Counted from the stretch's first letter, positions 37,772 to 48,942 are shown. The stretch: 64,000 bases of DNA from an uncultured Vicinamibacteraceae bacterium (GCA_964342695.1 CAYFFV010000001.1:25335-89334), one strand, 5' to 3'. Notes: generated from the letters alone by a model not told the origin. Translations and numbers: made by a program.

Positions 37772-40426
37772 ATGACAAGTGCTAATTCCTTCGGAACACG
37801 CCAATCTCTCAAGATTGGAAATGACACCGTTGAATTCTATAGCTTACAAGCTCTAATAGATAACGGATATCCAAATGTTTCTGCACTTCCCTATTCTCTT
37901 AAAGTGCTTCTGGAGAATATGTTGCGGCGCGAAGATGGACAATCTGTAACTTCTGATGATATCGAAAGGCTTGCACGCTGGAGTCCGGGAACTTCTGGTG
38001 AAATTGCGTTTATGCCCGCGCGTGTTCTTTTGCAGGATTTTACTGGAGTACCTGCGGTGGTGGATCTGGCTGCGATGCGTGATGGTATCAGTCACTTGGG
38101 TGGCGATCCAGAAGCTGTAAATCCTCTACAGCCCGCTGAACTTGTAATTGATCATTCGGTTCAGGTTGATCACTTTGATTCAGGTGACGCATTTGAATTA
38201 AATGCAGGACTTGAATTTTCAAGAAACCGCGAAAGATATGCATTCCTGAAGTGGGGGCAGGAAGCGTTTAAAAATTTCAAGGTCGTTCCGCCTGATACAG
38301 GTATTGTGCATCAGATCAACGTCGAATATTTGTCACGTGTGGTATGCCGAAGTGAAATCGATGGCTCCAATGTGGTCTACCCGGACACTCTTGTTGGTAC
38401 TGATTCGCATACCACAATGGTTAATGGTCTTGGTGTGGTCGGGTGGGGTGTTGGAGGTATCGAGGCTGAGGCTGCAATGTTGGGACAGTCCATTTCTATG
38501 CTTATTCCAGATGTTATTGGTTTTAGATTGAGAGGCCGTCTTGCAGAGGGAACAACAGCAACGGATTTGGTGCTAACCATCACTGAGCGACTTCGCGAGT
38601 ACGGTGTTGTGGGTAAATTTGTTGAATTCTTTGGTCCCGGTCTCAACGATCTGACATTAGCTGATCGAGCCACCCTTGGAAATATGTCTCCTGAGTATGG
38701 GTCAACTGTTGCGATCTGTCCTATTGATGAAATGACCATTGATTATTTGAAATTAACTGGTAGAAAAAATGATCAACTTGTTCTGGTCGAATCCTATGCA
38801 AAAGCGCAAGGCATGTTCGGAAATCAAAGTGGCGAACCTGTCTATACAGACGTGATTGATTTTGATTTAGAGATTGTTGAGCCGAGTATAGCTGGACCAA
38901 AACGACCACAGGATAGAGTGCCACTCAAAAAAACTAAAGATGCTTTTGATGTAACACTCGCCAACTTACGAGATAAAAACAAAATTGATCCAAAGAAGAA
39001 AGGCTTAGACCATGGTGCAGTGGTGGTAGCGGCGATTACCAGTTGCACGAATACATCTAATCCGAGCGTGATGTTAGCAGCTGGTCTTGTTGCTAAAAAG
39101 GCTGTTGACAATGGGCTAACGAGGAAACCATGGGTTAAGACAAGCTTGGCCCCTGGTTCCATGGTCGTTACTGAATATCTTCGTGCTGCTGGTTTGTTGG
39201 AATCCCTCGAACAGCTCGGATTCGGTTTAGTGGGGTACGGGTGCACGACATGCATAGGCAATAGTGGACCGTTGCCTGATGAAGTCGCTGCGGAGGTCAA
39301 GGATAGGGATTTAGTTGTGACTTCTGTGTTAAGTGGTAATAGAAATTTTGAGGGTCGCGTACAACCCTTAGTCCGCGCCAATTATCTTGCTTCTCCACCA
39401 TTGGTTGTTGCATACGCCTTGGCCGGTAGTATGACTATAGATTTGACCAAGGAACCGCTCGGGCGCGGACATAACGGAAAGGATGTCTACCTGCGCGATC
39501 TATGGCCTACTACTGCTGAAATTCAGATTGCAATGTCAGAGGCTGTTCAGACAGAACAATTTATAGATAAATATGCTGAAGTTTTCGATGGCGATGAACG
39601 TTGGGCGGCACTGGATGCTCCTGTGGGTCAACGGTTTTCTTGGGATGAACAGTCTACTTATGTTCGGGTCCCTCCATTTTTTGAAAACCTTCCTTCCACT
39701 CCACCACCGCTGACAGATATTCATGGTGCTCGTGTGTTGGCATTACTGGGTGACAGCGTAACAACTGATCATATTTCACCGGCCGGTACTATTCCTCTCG
39801 ATAGTCCTGCAGCAAAGTACCTGCTCGATCATGGTATTGAACCACGTGATTTCAATTCCTTTGGCAGTCGACGAGGGAATCACGAGGTCATGATGAGAGG
39901 CACGTTTGCGAATATCCGGTTAAGAAATCAACTGGCGCCTGGCACAGAGGGGGGATGGACGTGTTATCAGCCAAACGGAGAACAAATGGCTATTTATGAT
40001 GCCGGTATGCGGTACAAAGCTGAAGGCACGCCTTTACTGGTAATTGCTGGAAAAGAATATGGATCCGGATCATCTCGTGATTGGGCGGCGAAAGGAACTA
40101 TGCTTCTTGGTGTTCGGGCTGTTTTGGCTGAAAGTTTTGAGCGTATTCACAGAAGTAATCTTGTATTTATGGGTGTCCTACCACTTCAATTTAAAGATGG
40201 ATCTTCAGTGGAAAGTCTTGGATTAACAGGACAGGAATCGTACGAAATTACTGGTATTGTCGAAAGCTTGGCTCCCCGTAGCGACGTTCATGTCAAAACA
40301 ACTGGATTAGATGGTTTAACACAGGAGTTTGTGGTGACAGCCCGAATAGATACTCCTGAGGAACTCAATTACTACCGGCATGGTGGGATTTTGTCTTATG
40401 TGTTGCGTCAACTCGCAAAGCGCTAG
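37772..40426 (+). CDS. acnA: Aconitate hydratase A
   Basis: 884 aa. VGTDSHTTM, the Fe-S cluster Cys contexts [10 protein letters not shown] and [11 protein letters not shown], and the swivel domain [16 protein letters not shown]. Confidence 0.95.
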   Translation: MTSANSFGTRQSLKIGNDTVEFYSLQALIDNGYPNVSALPYSLKVLLENMLRREDGQSVTSDDIERLARWSPGTSGEIAFMPARVLLQDFTGVPAVVDLAAMRDGISHLGGDPEAVNPLQPAELVIDHSVQVDHFDSGDAFELNAGLEFSRNRERYAFLKWGQEAFKNFKVVPPDTGIVHQINVEYLSRVVCRSEIDGSNVVYPDTLVGTDSHTTMVNGLGVVGWGVGGIEAEAAMLGQSISMLIPDVIGFRLRGRLAEGTTATDLVLTITERLREYGVVGKFVEFFGPGLNDLTLADRATLGNMSPEYGSTVAICPIDEMTIDYLKLTGRKNDQLVLVESYAKAQGMFGNQSGEPVYTDVIDFDLEIVEPSIAGPKRPQDRVPLKKTKDAFDVTLANLRDKNKIDPKKKGLDHGAVVVAAITSCTNTSNPSVMLAAGLVAKKAVDNGLTRKPWVKTSLAPGSMVVTEYLRAAGLLESLEQLGFGLVGYGCTTCIGNSGPLPDEVAAEVKDRDLVVTSVLSGNRNFEGRVQPLVRANYLASPPLVVAYALAGSMTIDLTKEPLGRGHNGKDVYLRDLWPTTAEIQIAMSEAVQTEQFIDKYAEVFDGDERWAALDAPVGQRFSWDEQSTYVRVPPFFENLPSTPPPLTDIHGARVLALLGDSVTTDHISPAGTIPLDSPAAKYLLDHGIEPRDFNSFGSRRGNHEVMMRGTFANIRLRNQLAPGTEGGWTCYQPNGEQMAIYDAGMRYKAEGTPLLVIAGKEYGSGSSRDWAAKGTMLLGVRAVLAESFERIHRSNLVFMGVLPLQFKDGSSVESLGLTGQESYEITGIVESLAPRSDVHVKTTGLDGLTQEFVVTARIDTPEELNYYRHGGILSYVLRQLAKR

Positions 40427-40447
40427 TCTGAGGCCGTTGAAAAATAT

Positions 40448-41848
40448 TTAGAGAGCCACTGGAATTAAGAGCATAGCGATGACACTGGTAATGGTGCAAA
40501 CTATAGCAATAATGCCAGTGTAACCGAGGACGTCTCCGAAGCGGAGTCCAGTTACTGTCAGAATAGGGATTGCCCAGAACGGTTGGATTAGGTTGGTTGT
40601 AGAATCTCCATATGAATAAGCCAGTACCGTCGTTGTTGCTGACACTCCGAGTTCCTTAGCAGCCGGTAGCAAATAAGGTGCTTCAATAAGCCATTTCGAT
40701 CCTGCTGACGGAACAAATAAATTCATGAAACCTGAGTAGAAGTAAACCACAAGTGGATAAGTATCAGTTGTAGCAAACCGTACAAATAATTCACCTAGCC
40801 AGTTTCCTAGTCCTGTGTTGTTGATAACGCCAAAAATTCCCGCATAGAAGGGAAACTGCAAAATAACTCCGGACGCAGTTTTGGCTCCGTTTGCAAATGA
40901 GCGCACCAAATTTGATGGCCGTCCTTGCAGTAATAGGGCAGAGACTAGAAATACGGCGTTGTACGCATTAATTGTCCAACTTGCGCCAAACCCACGAGTG
41001 ATAATTGAGTGTCCGAGCGGATAGCCAATCAAAATTGCGGCCAAAATAACCCATCCAGGAAATCCTTCCATTTTTGCAGCCGGCGTGTTTTTGGAGTCTG
41101 TCTCTGGAAGTTTCGGCATGATCCTGGCGATTTGCTCTTCGGTCATGGTTTGGGGATTTTTTCGGGGATGCAGCATAACTACGGTGGCCAGTGCGACAGT
41201 AAAAAGAACCAAAATGTAAGTTAGGTTAAATGTGTTGAACAAACTTTCAGTCACTGGAATGAGTCTGTCCACAACAGGTGCACCGCTACTTGGTTCGAGT
41301 AAAGGATTGCCTGGTGTTGCCAAGATGAGCGGAGCGGATCCTGATAATCCGCCGTGCCAAATCGTTCCAACACCGAGATAAGCAGCGGCAATTAAAACTC
41401 GGATGTCTGCCCTGGGATTTCGGCGTGCAACAAATGGAACGAACAAAGCGGATGCCACCAAACTGAGTGCCCAATTAAAATAACTTATGACCATTGAAAA
41501 GATTGCCATTAAGGCTATGGCCTGCAAGGGCTTTTGTTTGTTTGGGGCATTTGCGAGGCGATCCAGCAATCCAAAAACTCTTTTTGATGAAACACAGGCG
41601 TGCGCCGCGATCATTGCGATACTAAATTGCATGGCTAGTTCGAGGAGTTGCCACATGCCACCACCCCATGCCAAAACCGCTTCGTTTAGGGTTGCCCTTG
41701 CGCCGAAGATAGACAGCAAAATCGCCAAAACCGTCAAGATCATGCAAACAACCCACGAATCGGGTATCCATCGCTGAGTAAACGACGATAACCGTTCGCC
41801 GAGATTTCCAACCATTCTGATAATTGATGGCGTTCTTTCGTCAGTCAA
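40448..41848 (-). CDS. Short-chain fatty acid transporter (AtoE family)
   Basis: 466 aa polytopic membrane protein. FTQRWIPDSWVV, ILQFPFYAGIFG and VPSAGSKWLIEAPYLLPAAKELG align by eye with E. coli AtoE. Confidence 0.85.
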   Translation of the reverse strand: MTDERTPSIIRMVGNLGERLSSFTQRWIPDSWVVCMILTVLAILLSIFGARATLNEAVLAWGGGMWQLLELAMQFSIAMIAAHACVSSKRVFGLLDRLANAPNKQKPLQAIALMAIFSMVISYFNWALSLVASALFVPFVARRNPRADIRVLIAAAYLGVGTIWHGGLSGSAPLILATPGNPLLEPSSGAPVVDRLIPVTESLFNTFNLTYILVLFTVALATVVMLHPRKNPQTMTEEQIARIMPKLPETDSKNTPAAKMEGFPGWVILAAILIGYPLGHSIITRGFGASWTINAYNAVFLVSALLLQGRPSNLVRSFANGAKTASGVILQFPFYAGIFGVINNTGLGNWLGELFVRFATTDTYPLVVYFYSGFMNLFVPSAGSKWLIEAPYLLPAAKELGVSATTTVLAYSYGDSTTNLIQPFWAIPILTVTGLRFGDVLGYTGIIAIVCTITSVIAMLLIPVAL

Positions 41849-42058
41849 GTATCATCTCCTTACAAGTAGGCGTAATTATTCTAATCTTTTCAGATCAGTA
41901 GGTTCTGGTCGAGTTAGGTTTTTGTCAACAGAATTATTGTCAGATAGTGTGAAATTAATCGTCCAAATGTCTCTCGTAAATTTGACCATCAGCTGACAAG
42001 AGGGTACGCTTTCACACCTCTTTCAATTTATTAATTTCATATAAATTAAGGATAGACC

Positions 42059-43258
42059 ATGAATAGATGGTTTGCAGTTTTTGGTGGCGTATCTATGAAC
42101 CTGGCATTGGGTTCTTTGTATGCGTGGAGTGTATTTGTTGCTCCACTTGAAGCAGAGTTTGGTTGGACCCGAACCCAAACTGCTCTCGTTTTTTCAATTG
42201 CAATCGTTACATTTGCGTTCTCGAATGTTTTGGCCGGTCGTATTCAAGATGTTCGTGGACCTAGAATTTGCGCTGCAATAGGAGCAACCTTGGTAAGCAC
42301 GGCTTTCCTCTTGGGTAGCTTTACCAGTTCACTGCCATATCTGTACATAGCATTTGGCTTTGTCGTGGGATTAGGCAATGGATTTGGCTATGCCACTCCG
42401 ATACCTGTTGGGTCCAAATGGTTTCCTGATAAGCGTGGTTTGGTTGTTGGGCTGATGGTTGCTGGATACGGTGGAGGATCTGCTATTTTTGGTCCTGTGG
42501 CGAATTCTTTAATCGGCACGGTCGGATGGCGGTCAACTTTTCAAATCCTTGCTGTAGTCTTTTTTGTCATGGGTATGGTTGGAACGTTTTTCTTACGTAA
42601 CCCACCGGAAGGGTACAAACCAGAAGGTTGGGAGCCAGCTAAAGCTTCAGAACAGACTCAACGTGACATACCAACACGAGAGATGCTCGGGATGCCCACT
42701 TTTTATTTTCTGTGGATTGCATATTGTTTAGGAACAACTGCAGGACTCATGACGATTAGTCAAATTGTGCCTTTTGCGCAGAGTGCAGGCATGACGACGG
42801 CAGCGGCTGCGTTTGCTCTTACGCTAGGCGCAATTGGTAATGCATCCGGCAGGGTTGCATCTGGATGGATGTCTGATTTAGTGGGGCGGTTAATGACCTT
42901 GCGAATCATGATCCTTGTTTCCGGTTTGGCCATGCCGGCATTATATATTTGGCGAGAAGAAGCATTTTTACTTTATTTGTTTGTCATCGTTGTTTATTGG
43001 TGTTTTGGAACGCAGTTGTCAGTGTTCGCGTCTACCTCGGCAGATTTTTTCGGCACCAAGCACTTGGGGCTTAATTACGGGCTGTTATTTACGGCATATG
43101 GTGTCGCTGGTTTTGTTGGGCCACTGATTGGGTCGTGGGCATTCGATAGTTTTGGAAATTATCGATACGCTTTTTTGATCGCTGCTGCTTTGGCCGTGAT
43201 TGCATTAGCGTCCTTGTCGGTGGCGCGGGCTCCTAGTAGAGACGCTTCTACTGTCTAG
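42059..43258 (+). CDS. MFS transporter, oxalate/formate antiporter (OFA) family
   Basis: 399 aa, about 12 TM segments. N-terminal LALGSLYAWSVFVAPLEAEFGW is typical of the OFA subfamily. Confidence 0.85.
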   Translation: MNRWFAVFGGVSMNLALGSLYAWSVFVAPLEAEFGWTRTQTALVFSIAIVTFAFSNVLAGRIQDVRGPRICAAIGATLVSTAFLLGSFTSSLPYLYIAFGFVVGLGNGFGYATPIPVGSKWFPDKRGLVVGLMVAGYGGGSAIFGPVANSLIGTVGWRSTFQILAVVFFVMGMVGTFFLRNPPEGYKPEGWEPAKASEQTQRDIPTREMLGMPTFYFLWIAYCLGTTAGLMTISQIVPFAQSAGMTTAAAAFALTLGAIGNASGRVASGWMSDLVGRLMTLRIMILVSGLAMPALYIWREEAFLLYLFVIVVYWCFGTQLSVFASTSADFFGTKHLGLNYGLLFTAYGVAGFVGPLIGSWAFDSFGNYRYAFLIAAALAVIALASLSVARAPSRDASTV

Positions 43259-43293
43259 GGAATTCGTTAAGAATCTATTAATGAGGAGTTTGA

Positions 43294-45615
43294 ATGTCTT
43301 TAAGGAAGTCTTTCAGAATGTTATGTTTTTGCTCTTTGTTGTTTGTTTTCTTTCCTGTTCAACAGTCCTTTGGACAGAACCAAGGTTCTTTGACGGGTAA
43401 GGTTACCGATGATAGTGGCGCTGTGCTGCCTGGCGTAACCATTACTGCTACGCATTCTGAAACTGGACGTCTACGAGCGGCGGTGAGTAACAGTAGGGGT
43501 GAGTATGAAATAACAGTGCTTGAGTCAGGCTCCTACGAGGTAGAAGGGCTTTTGGCTGGTTTTTCAGCTGATCCTAGCAGTGTAAATATTGGAAGTGGTT
43601 CCGAGAATCTTGATCTTGTTCTTGGTATTGCTCCACTTTCTGAAACTGTCACAGTTACACGTGCGGGAAACGAATTATCTGAAGTACCAAATGCGGTGAC
43701 TGTGGTGCAGCGTGAAACCATCGAGGTCGGCCAGCGTAGGGCATCATTAGATGAGTCACTGCGAGGGATTCCGGGGGTCTTTGTTCAAAACCGACGCAAC
43801 TATGGCTTGTCTGGTGGCGTGGGTCTAAGTATCAGAGCTCCAGAGCCAAGGTTTGGTCTGAGAGGGATCGCTTTAATTCAGGATGGCATACCAATTACAA
43901 CGGCGGATGGAACTACGGAACCAGGGAACGTCGACCTTGGTTCAATGGGGCGCATTGATGTTATTCGTGGTCCGAGTTCTGTTCTTTATGGGAATTCAGC
44001 TGGTGGTGTGATTAATGTAACAACGGAATTTAACCCGGAACGTCGAATTACGTTCACACCAGACGTTCAATTTGGAAGCCATGGATACAATCGTCAGCAG
44101 GTTAAGGCTGAGGGCCGTGCAGGTGGCACAGATTTTATTGTTAATGTCAGCCGTTTTGAAACGGATGGATTTCGTGAACAAAGTCATGCGGAAATTGCGC
44201 AGGCTAATATCGTTGTACGTAATCAATTGTCGCCAAGTACAGAAATTCGAGGTGTGTTTAATTTTTATGATGCTCCATTTGCGGAAAGTGCGAGTTTTGT
44301 AAATGAATCAGATGCACGTAACAATCCCCAGATGGCTCGCGGAATCGCTGTGGCGCATAACTGGGGTGAGGCTGCTTCTCAAGGTCAGGGCGGTGTGACG
44401 ATTGAGCATCAATTTAGTGGCGGTCAGATTTTGCGCGCCACTGGCTGGGGTGTATGGCGTGAACTCGACGCGGAGGCTGTTTTTCAGGTTATTGATTTAA
44501 GTAGAAAAGGGGGAGGTTTTCGCACTGAGGCGCTTGGCGAAATTCAACTCGGATCGATCCCGTTACGATGGACTGCCGGGGCCGATCTTTCTTCGCAAAG
44601 AGATAGTCGTAACGAATTTGGTTTTGTGGCCCCCGCTTCTCCTGGTGCACGGATGACCAAAGGTGATTTGAGGGTTGATCAACAAGAAAATGTACTTTCT
44701 GTAGGGCCGTTTATTCAAGGTGTTTTAGAAGTCCATTCGCGCTGGCAGGTAACAGCGGGTGTTCGGTACGATTATTATGATTTCAGTGCTGATGATCGGA
44801 AGCTTGATGACGGTGATCAATCTGGAACTCGAACAATGGATGCGGTCAGTCCTTCTGTGGGTGTAACGTTTCTTGCTGGAAATGGGGTCAATATTTACAG
44901 CTCCCTTTCTACGGCATATGAAACGCCGACGACAGTGGAATTGTCCAATCGTCCCTCAGGCGAAGGTGGCTTCAATCAAACGTTGGATCCAGAGGATTTG
45001 ACGAGTTTTGAGGTAGGTATAAGGGGGTTAGCGGAACCAGCACGTTTAAGATATGAGCTTGCGGTTTATACCGCTAATCTTACGAATGCCTTGGTTCCGT
45101 TTCAACGCCCGGACGAGAAAGTATATTTTGCAAATGCGGGTGAGACTTCCAGAAATGGTGTTGAGCTCCTCCTTGAGTGGGTTCCGGATCCGTCATTAAG
45201 TGCAAGGGTTGCCTATACCTATCAGGATTTTGCTTTCGATAATTTCGTTCTTAATGGAAATGACTTTAGTGGCAACATTGAGCCTGGCTCGCCGCCTCAT
45301 CGTGTGTTTGCGGGGGTTACTCATAGAGCTCCCTTTGGTTTAACTTCCGTTGCCCAGCTTCGATGGGTCGATGATTACACAATTAACAATCAGAACACTG
45401 CGTACAATTGGGGTTACAAAGTGTTCGATCTTAGGTTCGCGTTAGACAGCATGTTCGGTAATACGGATGTCAGACCATTCTTCGGCCTTGATAATTTATT
45501 TGGTGAAAGATACAACTCCTCGACAATAACCAACGCATGGGGGGGGCGCTATTATGAACCTTCGCCGGGCCGAGAAATTTATGTAGGTTTGTCGGTAGGT
45601 TTTGGCGTTCAGTAA
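43294..45615 (+). CDS. TonB-dependent receptor with N-terminal carboxypeptidase-regulatory-like domain
   Basis: 773 aa with a signal peptide. CarboxypepD_reg-like GSLTGKVTDDSGAVLPGVTITA, plug motif IDVIRGPSSVLYGNSAGGVINV and a long beta-barrel. GAGGAG lies upstream of the ATG. Confidence 0.9.
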   Translation: MSLRKSFRMLCFCSLLFVFFPVQQSFGQNQGSLTGKVTDDSGAVLPGVTITATHSETGRLRAAVSNSRGEYEITVLESGSYEVEGLLAGFSADPSSVNIGSGSENLDLVLGIAPLSETVTVTRAGNELSEVPNAVTVVQRETIEVGQRRASLDESLRGIPGVFVQNRRNYGLSGGVGLSIRAPEPRFGLRGIALIQDGIPITTADGTTEPGNVDLGSMGRIDVIRGPSSVLYGNSAGGVINVTTEFNPERRITFTPDVQFGSHGYNRQQVKAEGRAGGTDFIVNVSRFETDGFREQSHAEIAQANIVVRNQLSPSTEIRGVFNFYDAPFAESASFVNESDARNNPQMARGIAVAHNWGEAASQGQGGVTIEHQFSGGQILRATGWGVWRELDAEAVFQVIDLSRKGGGFRTEALGEIQLGSIPLRWTAGADLSSQRDSRNEFGFVAPASPGARMTKGDLRVDQQENVLSVGPFIQGVLEVHSRWQVTAGVRYDYYDFSADDRKLDDGDQSGTRTMDAVSPSVGVTFLAGNGVNIYSSLSTAYETPTTVELSNRPSGEGGFNQTLDPEDLTSFEVGIRGLAEPARLRYELAVYTANLTNALVPFQRPDEKVYFANAGETSRNGVELLLEWVPDPSLSARVAYTYQDFAFDNFVLNGNDFSGNIEPGSPPHRVFAGVTHRAPFGLTSVAQLRWVDDYTINNQNTAYNWGYKVFDLRFALDSMFGNTDVRPFFGLDNLFGERYNSSTITNAWGGRYYEPSPGREIYVGLSVGFGVQ

Positions 45616-45727
45616 GTTTCATTAATACAAGAATTTTTAAAGTGTGTTTTTGCGGAGCGGGTGGATATTTTTGTGGCGATTAGCTCTGTGTGTTTTTGAA
45701 TAGTTGAATTGCAAATAATCGGAGACG

Positions 45728-46846
45728 TTGATGACTGTTGATGAAAAACCAACGATTGACCTTGATCGGGCCAGAGAAGTTGTCGATCGTTTCCAGAGCG
45801 AATCAACCAAATGGCTCTACGGTTTGGATGATGCAGCCAGAATATTGTCGTGGGCTTTTTTTACTTTACTGCCCTACACAGATAAGTTGAGTCAGGGAAA
45901 ACTGCTGAGGCAGCCGCATGTTATGTTTCGTGGGCCCACTGGGACTGGGAAGACTGACTTGGTAAGTGCCTGTGCGATGGCTGTTGACGCTAAGTTTGAG
46001 CGAATTCAAGGTCTTCCGACCTACATGCCTGAGGATATTCTTGGTTACGAAACGATTGTTGAGGAGATGGACGGGACAAAGAAAATCCATTTTAAGCCGG
46101 GAAAACTCATGGCACACATTGTCCTGATTGATGAGGACAATAGGTTATCTGGAAAGACAAAGGCAGCAGTTCTGGAAGGCATGGAGGAAAGTTCTGCAAC
46201 GCTTTCCACAGATTACGGTAACTTAGCCGAAGGGAAAATGATTCCTCTGTTTCCATTGTCAGGTGATTTCAATGACATTGAAGGGCCACGTTTTTTCATG
46301 GTCATCTGCACGGAAAATATTTATGGTGAGGAAGAAGGCACCTTTGCTAATCCTGTTGCACAATTGGATAGGACGACCCTTTCAATAAATATGATGGATC
46401 CGGAACTGGAAGATGATGAATTCAAAATAAGTGCTCAAAATGTTGTTGGTAAGCGGGTCGAAAAGCTCACGAATCTCCATGAAGTGCTAGACATTGCGAA
46501 GTTTATTTTTGATAACGTGAAGATGTCTGAGTACGGACAGCAATATAAGGTTCGTCTGTTAAGAAATACTAGACCCCATCGAGTGCAGGGTAGAGCGGCA
46601 AGGACCGTCAAGGAATACATCCGTGTTGGTATTTCTCCCCGTGTCCATTTTCATCTTGAAGCGGTCGCCAGAACGTTTGCATTTTTTAATGGTGATACTG
46701 TCATTACGCCTGATCACATTAAGGCTGTTGCCGAACCCGTTTTGGCCCATAGGTTAGTGCTTCGGGAGGGCATGGAGTTTTCTGTGGTCAAAGAAGAGCT
46801 GCTCGAAAAAATTATCCAGGACATGGAGGTTCCTCCGTGGAAGTAG
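45728..46846 (+). CDS. MoxR-like AAA+ ATPase (divergent)
   Basis: Walker A GPTGTGKT, Walker B region VLIDEDNR (canonical MoxR has hhhDEINR), KAAVLEGMEE and EGTFANPVAQLDR (compare EGTYPLPEAQLDRF). The likely start is ATG at 45731, after GGAGA. Confidence 0.8.
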   Translation: MMTVDEKPTIDLDRAREVVDRFQSESTKWLYGLDDAARILSWAFFTLLPYTDKLSQGKLLRQPHVMFRGPTGTGKTDLVSACAMAVDAKFERIQGLPTYMPEDILGYETIVEEMDGTKKIHFKPGKLMAHIVLIDEDNRLSGKTKAAVLEGMEESSATLSTDYGNLAEGKMIPLFPLSGDFNDIEGPRFFMVICTENIYGEEEGTFANPVAQLDRTTLSINMMDPELEDDEFKISAQNVVGKRVEKLTNLHEVLDIAKFIFDNVKMSEYGQQYKVRLLRNTRPHRVQGRAARTVKEYIRVGISPRVHFHLEAVARTFAFFNGDTVITPDHIKAVAEPVLAHRLVLREGMEFSVVKEELLEKIIQDMEVPPWK

Positions 46847-47754
46847 AGGAGGTCTTTGCTCGATTTCGTGATATCAAACATGGAGTCAAGGCGAAAAAGA
46901 AGGCCACCAGTATCCACTATGGAGAACATAAGAGCGGATTCAAAGGCTCTGGTTATGACATTGTTGGTGTGGATGAATGGCGCCAAGGGCAGCCTCTCAA
47001 AGATATAGCATGGTCGCTTAGTCTTTCAACATTTCCAGACAAGCTGTTTCGAATTGAGCGAATGGAGCCTAAAGAGTTGCGAACGCTCCTTGTGCTTGAT
47101 CTTTCTTATTCAACACTATTTCAGATATCACAGACTTCCAACAAGGCGATGTTGTTACTCGATCTTATAGGCAACTTGGGTCTTACTAGGGCGAACGTTA
47201 GGGATCCAGTCGGGTTGCTGGGGTTTTCAGACCAAATCGAACTTTATATGAAACCTAGACTTGGTGCTTCACAAGTGTTTCATATGGCGCAGAAGATTTT
47301 TGAGAAACTTCAACTTGAACGGGAGTTTCCCTCACGGCGGAAGGCGGATTTTTCGGTTGCAATAGACTTCTTAGTTTCTCGTTTAAAAATGGGACATTCT
47401 GTAATTGTGATCTCTGATTTTGTTGATTTTGTAAACAATCCTGAATCAATTGATTACAAGCGGCTGAGGATGCTCGCCTCCAAGCACGATATGATGATGC
47501 TGATTTTAGATGATCCGAAAGAGTTTCAGGTTAAGAGTCGATTGGGATATATAAGAATTTCAGATATGGAAACTGGAAAGCAGACAGTTATTTCCGCGCG
47601 CAAGGCTGGCGCTATTAGGCGGCGAATCGAAGAAGCCCATGAAGACATCCAGTATCAACTTAAGCATAAGTGTGGCATTGATTCAGTTGTACTGACTCCC
47701 GAGAATCATACAGACGCGCTCGGGGAGTTTTTAATCGCTAGAATGGCAAGATGA
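46837..47754 (+). CDS. DUF58 domain protein (vWA-like fold)
   Basis: 305 aa. DUF58 signature GSGYDIVGVDEWRQGQPLKDIAWSLS and a MIDAS-like LVLDLSYS. Its GTG start overlaps the moxR 3' end by 10 nt. Confidence 0.8.
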   Translation: MEVEEVFARFRDIKHGVKAKKKATSIHYGEHKSGFKGSGYDIVGVDEWRQGQPLKDIAWSLSLSTFPDKLFRIERMEPKELRTLLVLDLSYSTLFQISQTSNKAMLLLDLIGNLGLTRANVRDPVGLLGFSDQIELYMKPRLGASQVFHMAQKIFEKLQLEREFPSRRKADFSVAIDFLVSRLKMGHSVIVISDFVDFVNNPESIDYKRLRMLASKHDMMMLILDDPKEFQVKSRLGYIRISDMETGKQTVISARKAGAIRRRIEEAHEDIQYQLKHKCGIDSVVLTPENHTDALGEFLIARMAR

Positions 47755-47773
47755 TTTAACAGGTGAGACAACC

Positions 47774-48925
47774 ATGAGATGTAAATGGATGATATTTAAA
47801 GTGCATTTCCTTAGTTTGGTGATACTGGGACTCTTTGTTTTTTCCTTAAGCGACCACCATGTGTCACTTCAGGCGACGTCGCAAAACGGTGAAATGGCTC
47901 AAGAGGTCTCTGACGAAGAATCTCCAGTTCAGATTGAGACACTTGCGGTCGAACCGACTGTAGTGAAGACGGGCGATCTGATTATTCAGACGTATCGAGT
48001 TCGCTATCCTGATTTACTAAGCGAAGGAAAAGAAATCATTATTCTTGAAGATCGTATGGTTCCTGAGACTTTACCAGTTCATCCATTTGAGGGAGTTTCA
48101 CTTGAAATTGAAAAACGGCAAGTCGACAATGAATATATCTGGGATTTCGTCTATGAGTTCCGTTTAATAGCACCCGAAAAATCAATGTATGTGTTGCCAG
48201 GGTTTAGTTTTTACTATCTAGTTAGAGATCTTGGTGAAGACGTGGAAGATGCCGAAGTTCGTCAGGTTGATGGCGGTGGAAATTTAGTGCGCTATGTCAC
48301 TACACTCACTGATACTCCGGTGTTAGACATTCGTGACACTATTGAACTAGGTAGTTTTTCAGCGAGAGCAAATTTTTTTAAGGTCCTCGCATGGACTGTA
48401 GCTCCACTTCCACTATTAGTTTGGTTTGTAATGCTTATCCGCCAGAGTAGGCGTCCGAAAGCTGCGTCTGAAGTAAAACAGAGAGAAGCCGAGGAGCTTG
48501 AGCGTCTCGAAGCACAAATACCGGTTCTTCCATCTATCTGGCAGGCTCGGCGTAATTTGTTGCAGGAGGTGAAAGCGCTGGACAGTCTAGTTTCGTCTGA
48601 AAGCGGCGAATTATTGCGAACGACCAGGCGGAACCTGATTATTGCAGGTCGGGAATATCTTCAGGCTGAGTTACCTGACTTGAATTCAGGTGATACCTCC
48701 AAAGATATGGACAACTATGTGGAGAATCTGAAAGACGGGTCACGCAAAGACGCTCTCAGAAATCTTTCTTCAAGATTGTCGGCTTATCAGCATAGTCTAG
48801 AACGTGACGGAGGAGGTCCTATTGATGATCCGACTGCCGAGGCACAGGCTCTTCAAGATTCTGTCGCGGCCTTACGTCCTCATAATCGGTTGCTTAGTCA
48901 AATTAAGGGTGTTTTCGGTGCTTAA
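47774..48925 (+). CDS. Hypothetical secreted/membrane protein (BatD-like topology)
   Basis: 383 aa. N-terminal signal/anchor (FLSLVILGLFVFSL), a beta-rich domain of about 170 aa, a TM segment VLAWTVAPLPLLVWFVMLI followed by RQSRRPK, then a charged helical tail of about 150 aa. No family recognised with confidence. Confidence 0.5.
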   Translation: MRCKWMIFKVHFLSLVILGLFVFSLSDHHVSLQATSQNGEMAQEVSDEESPVQIETLAVEPTVVKTGDLIIQTYRVRYPDLLSEGKEIIILEDRMVPETLPVHPFEGVSLEIEKRQVDNEYIWDFVYEFRLIAPEKSMYVLPGFSFYYLVRDLGEDVEDAEVRQVDGGGNLVRYVTTLTDTPVLDIRDTIELGSFSARANFFKVLAWTVAPLPLLVWFVMLIRQSRRPKAASEVKQREAEELERLEAQIPVLPSIWQARRNLLQEVKALDSLVSSESGELLRTTRRNLIIAGREYLQAELPDLNSGDTSKDMDNYVENLKDGSRKDALRNLSSRLSAYQHSLERDGGGPIDDPTAEAQALQDSVAALRPHNRLLSQIKGVFGA

Positions 48926-48942
48926 CAAGAGTTAATAAGACA

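Noticed and set aside
45583-45615. The TonB-dependent receptor ends in ...GLSVGFGVQ rather than with the usual C-terminal aromatic residue of the outer-membrane beta-signal.
   Set aside because: An aromatic (F) is present three residues from the end, and terminal-residue rules are not absolute. There is no sign of truncation or frameshift, because the barrel length is normal.
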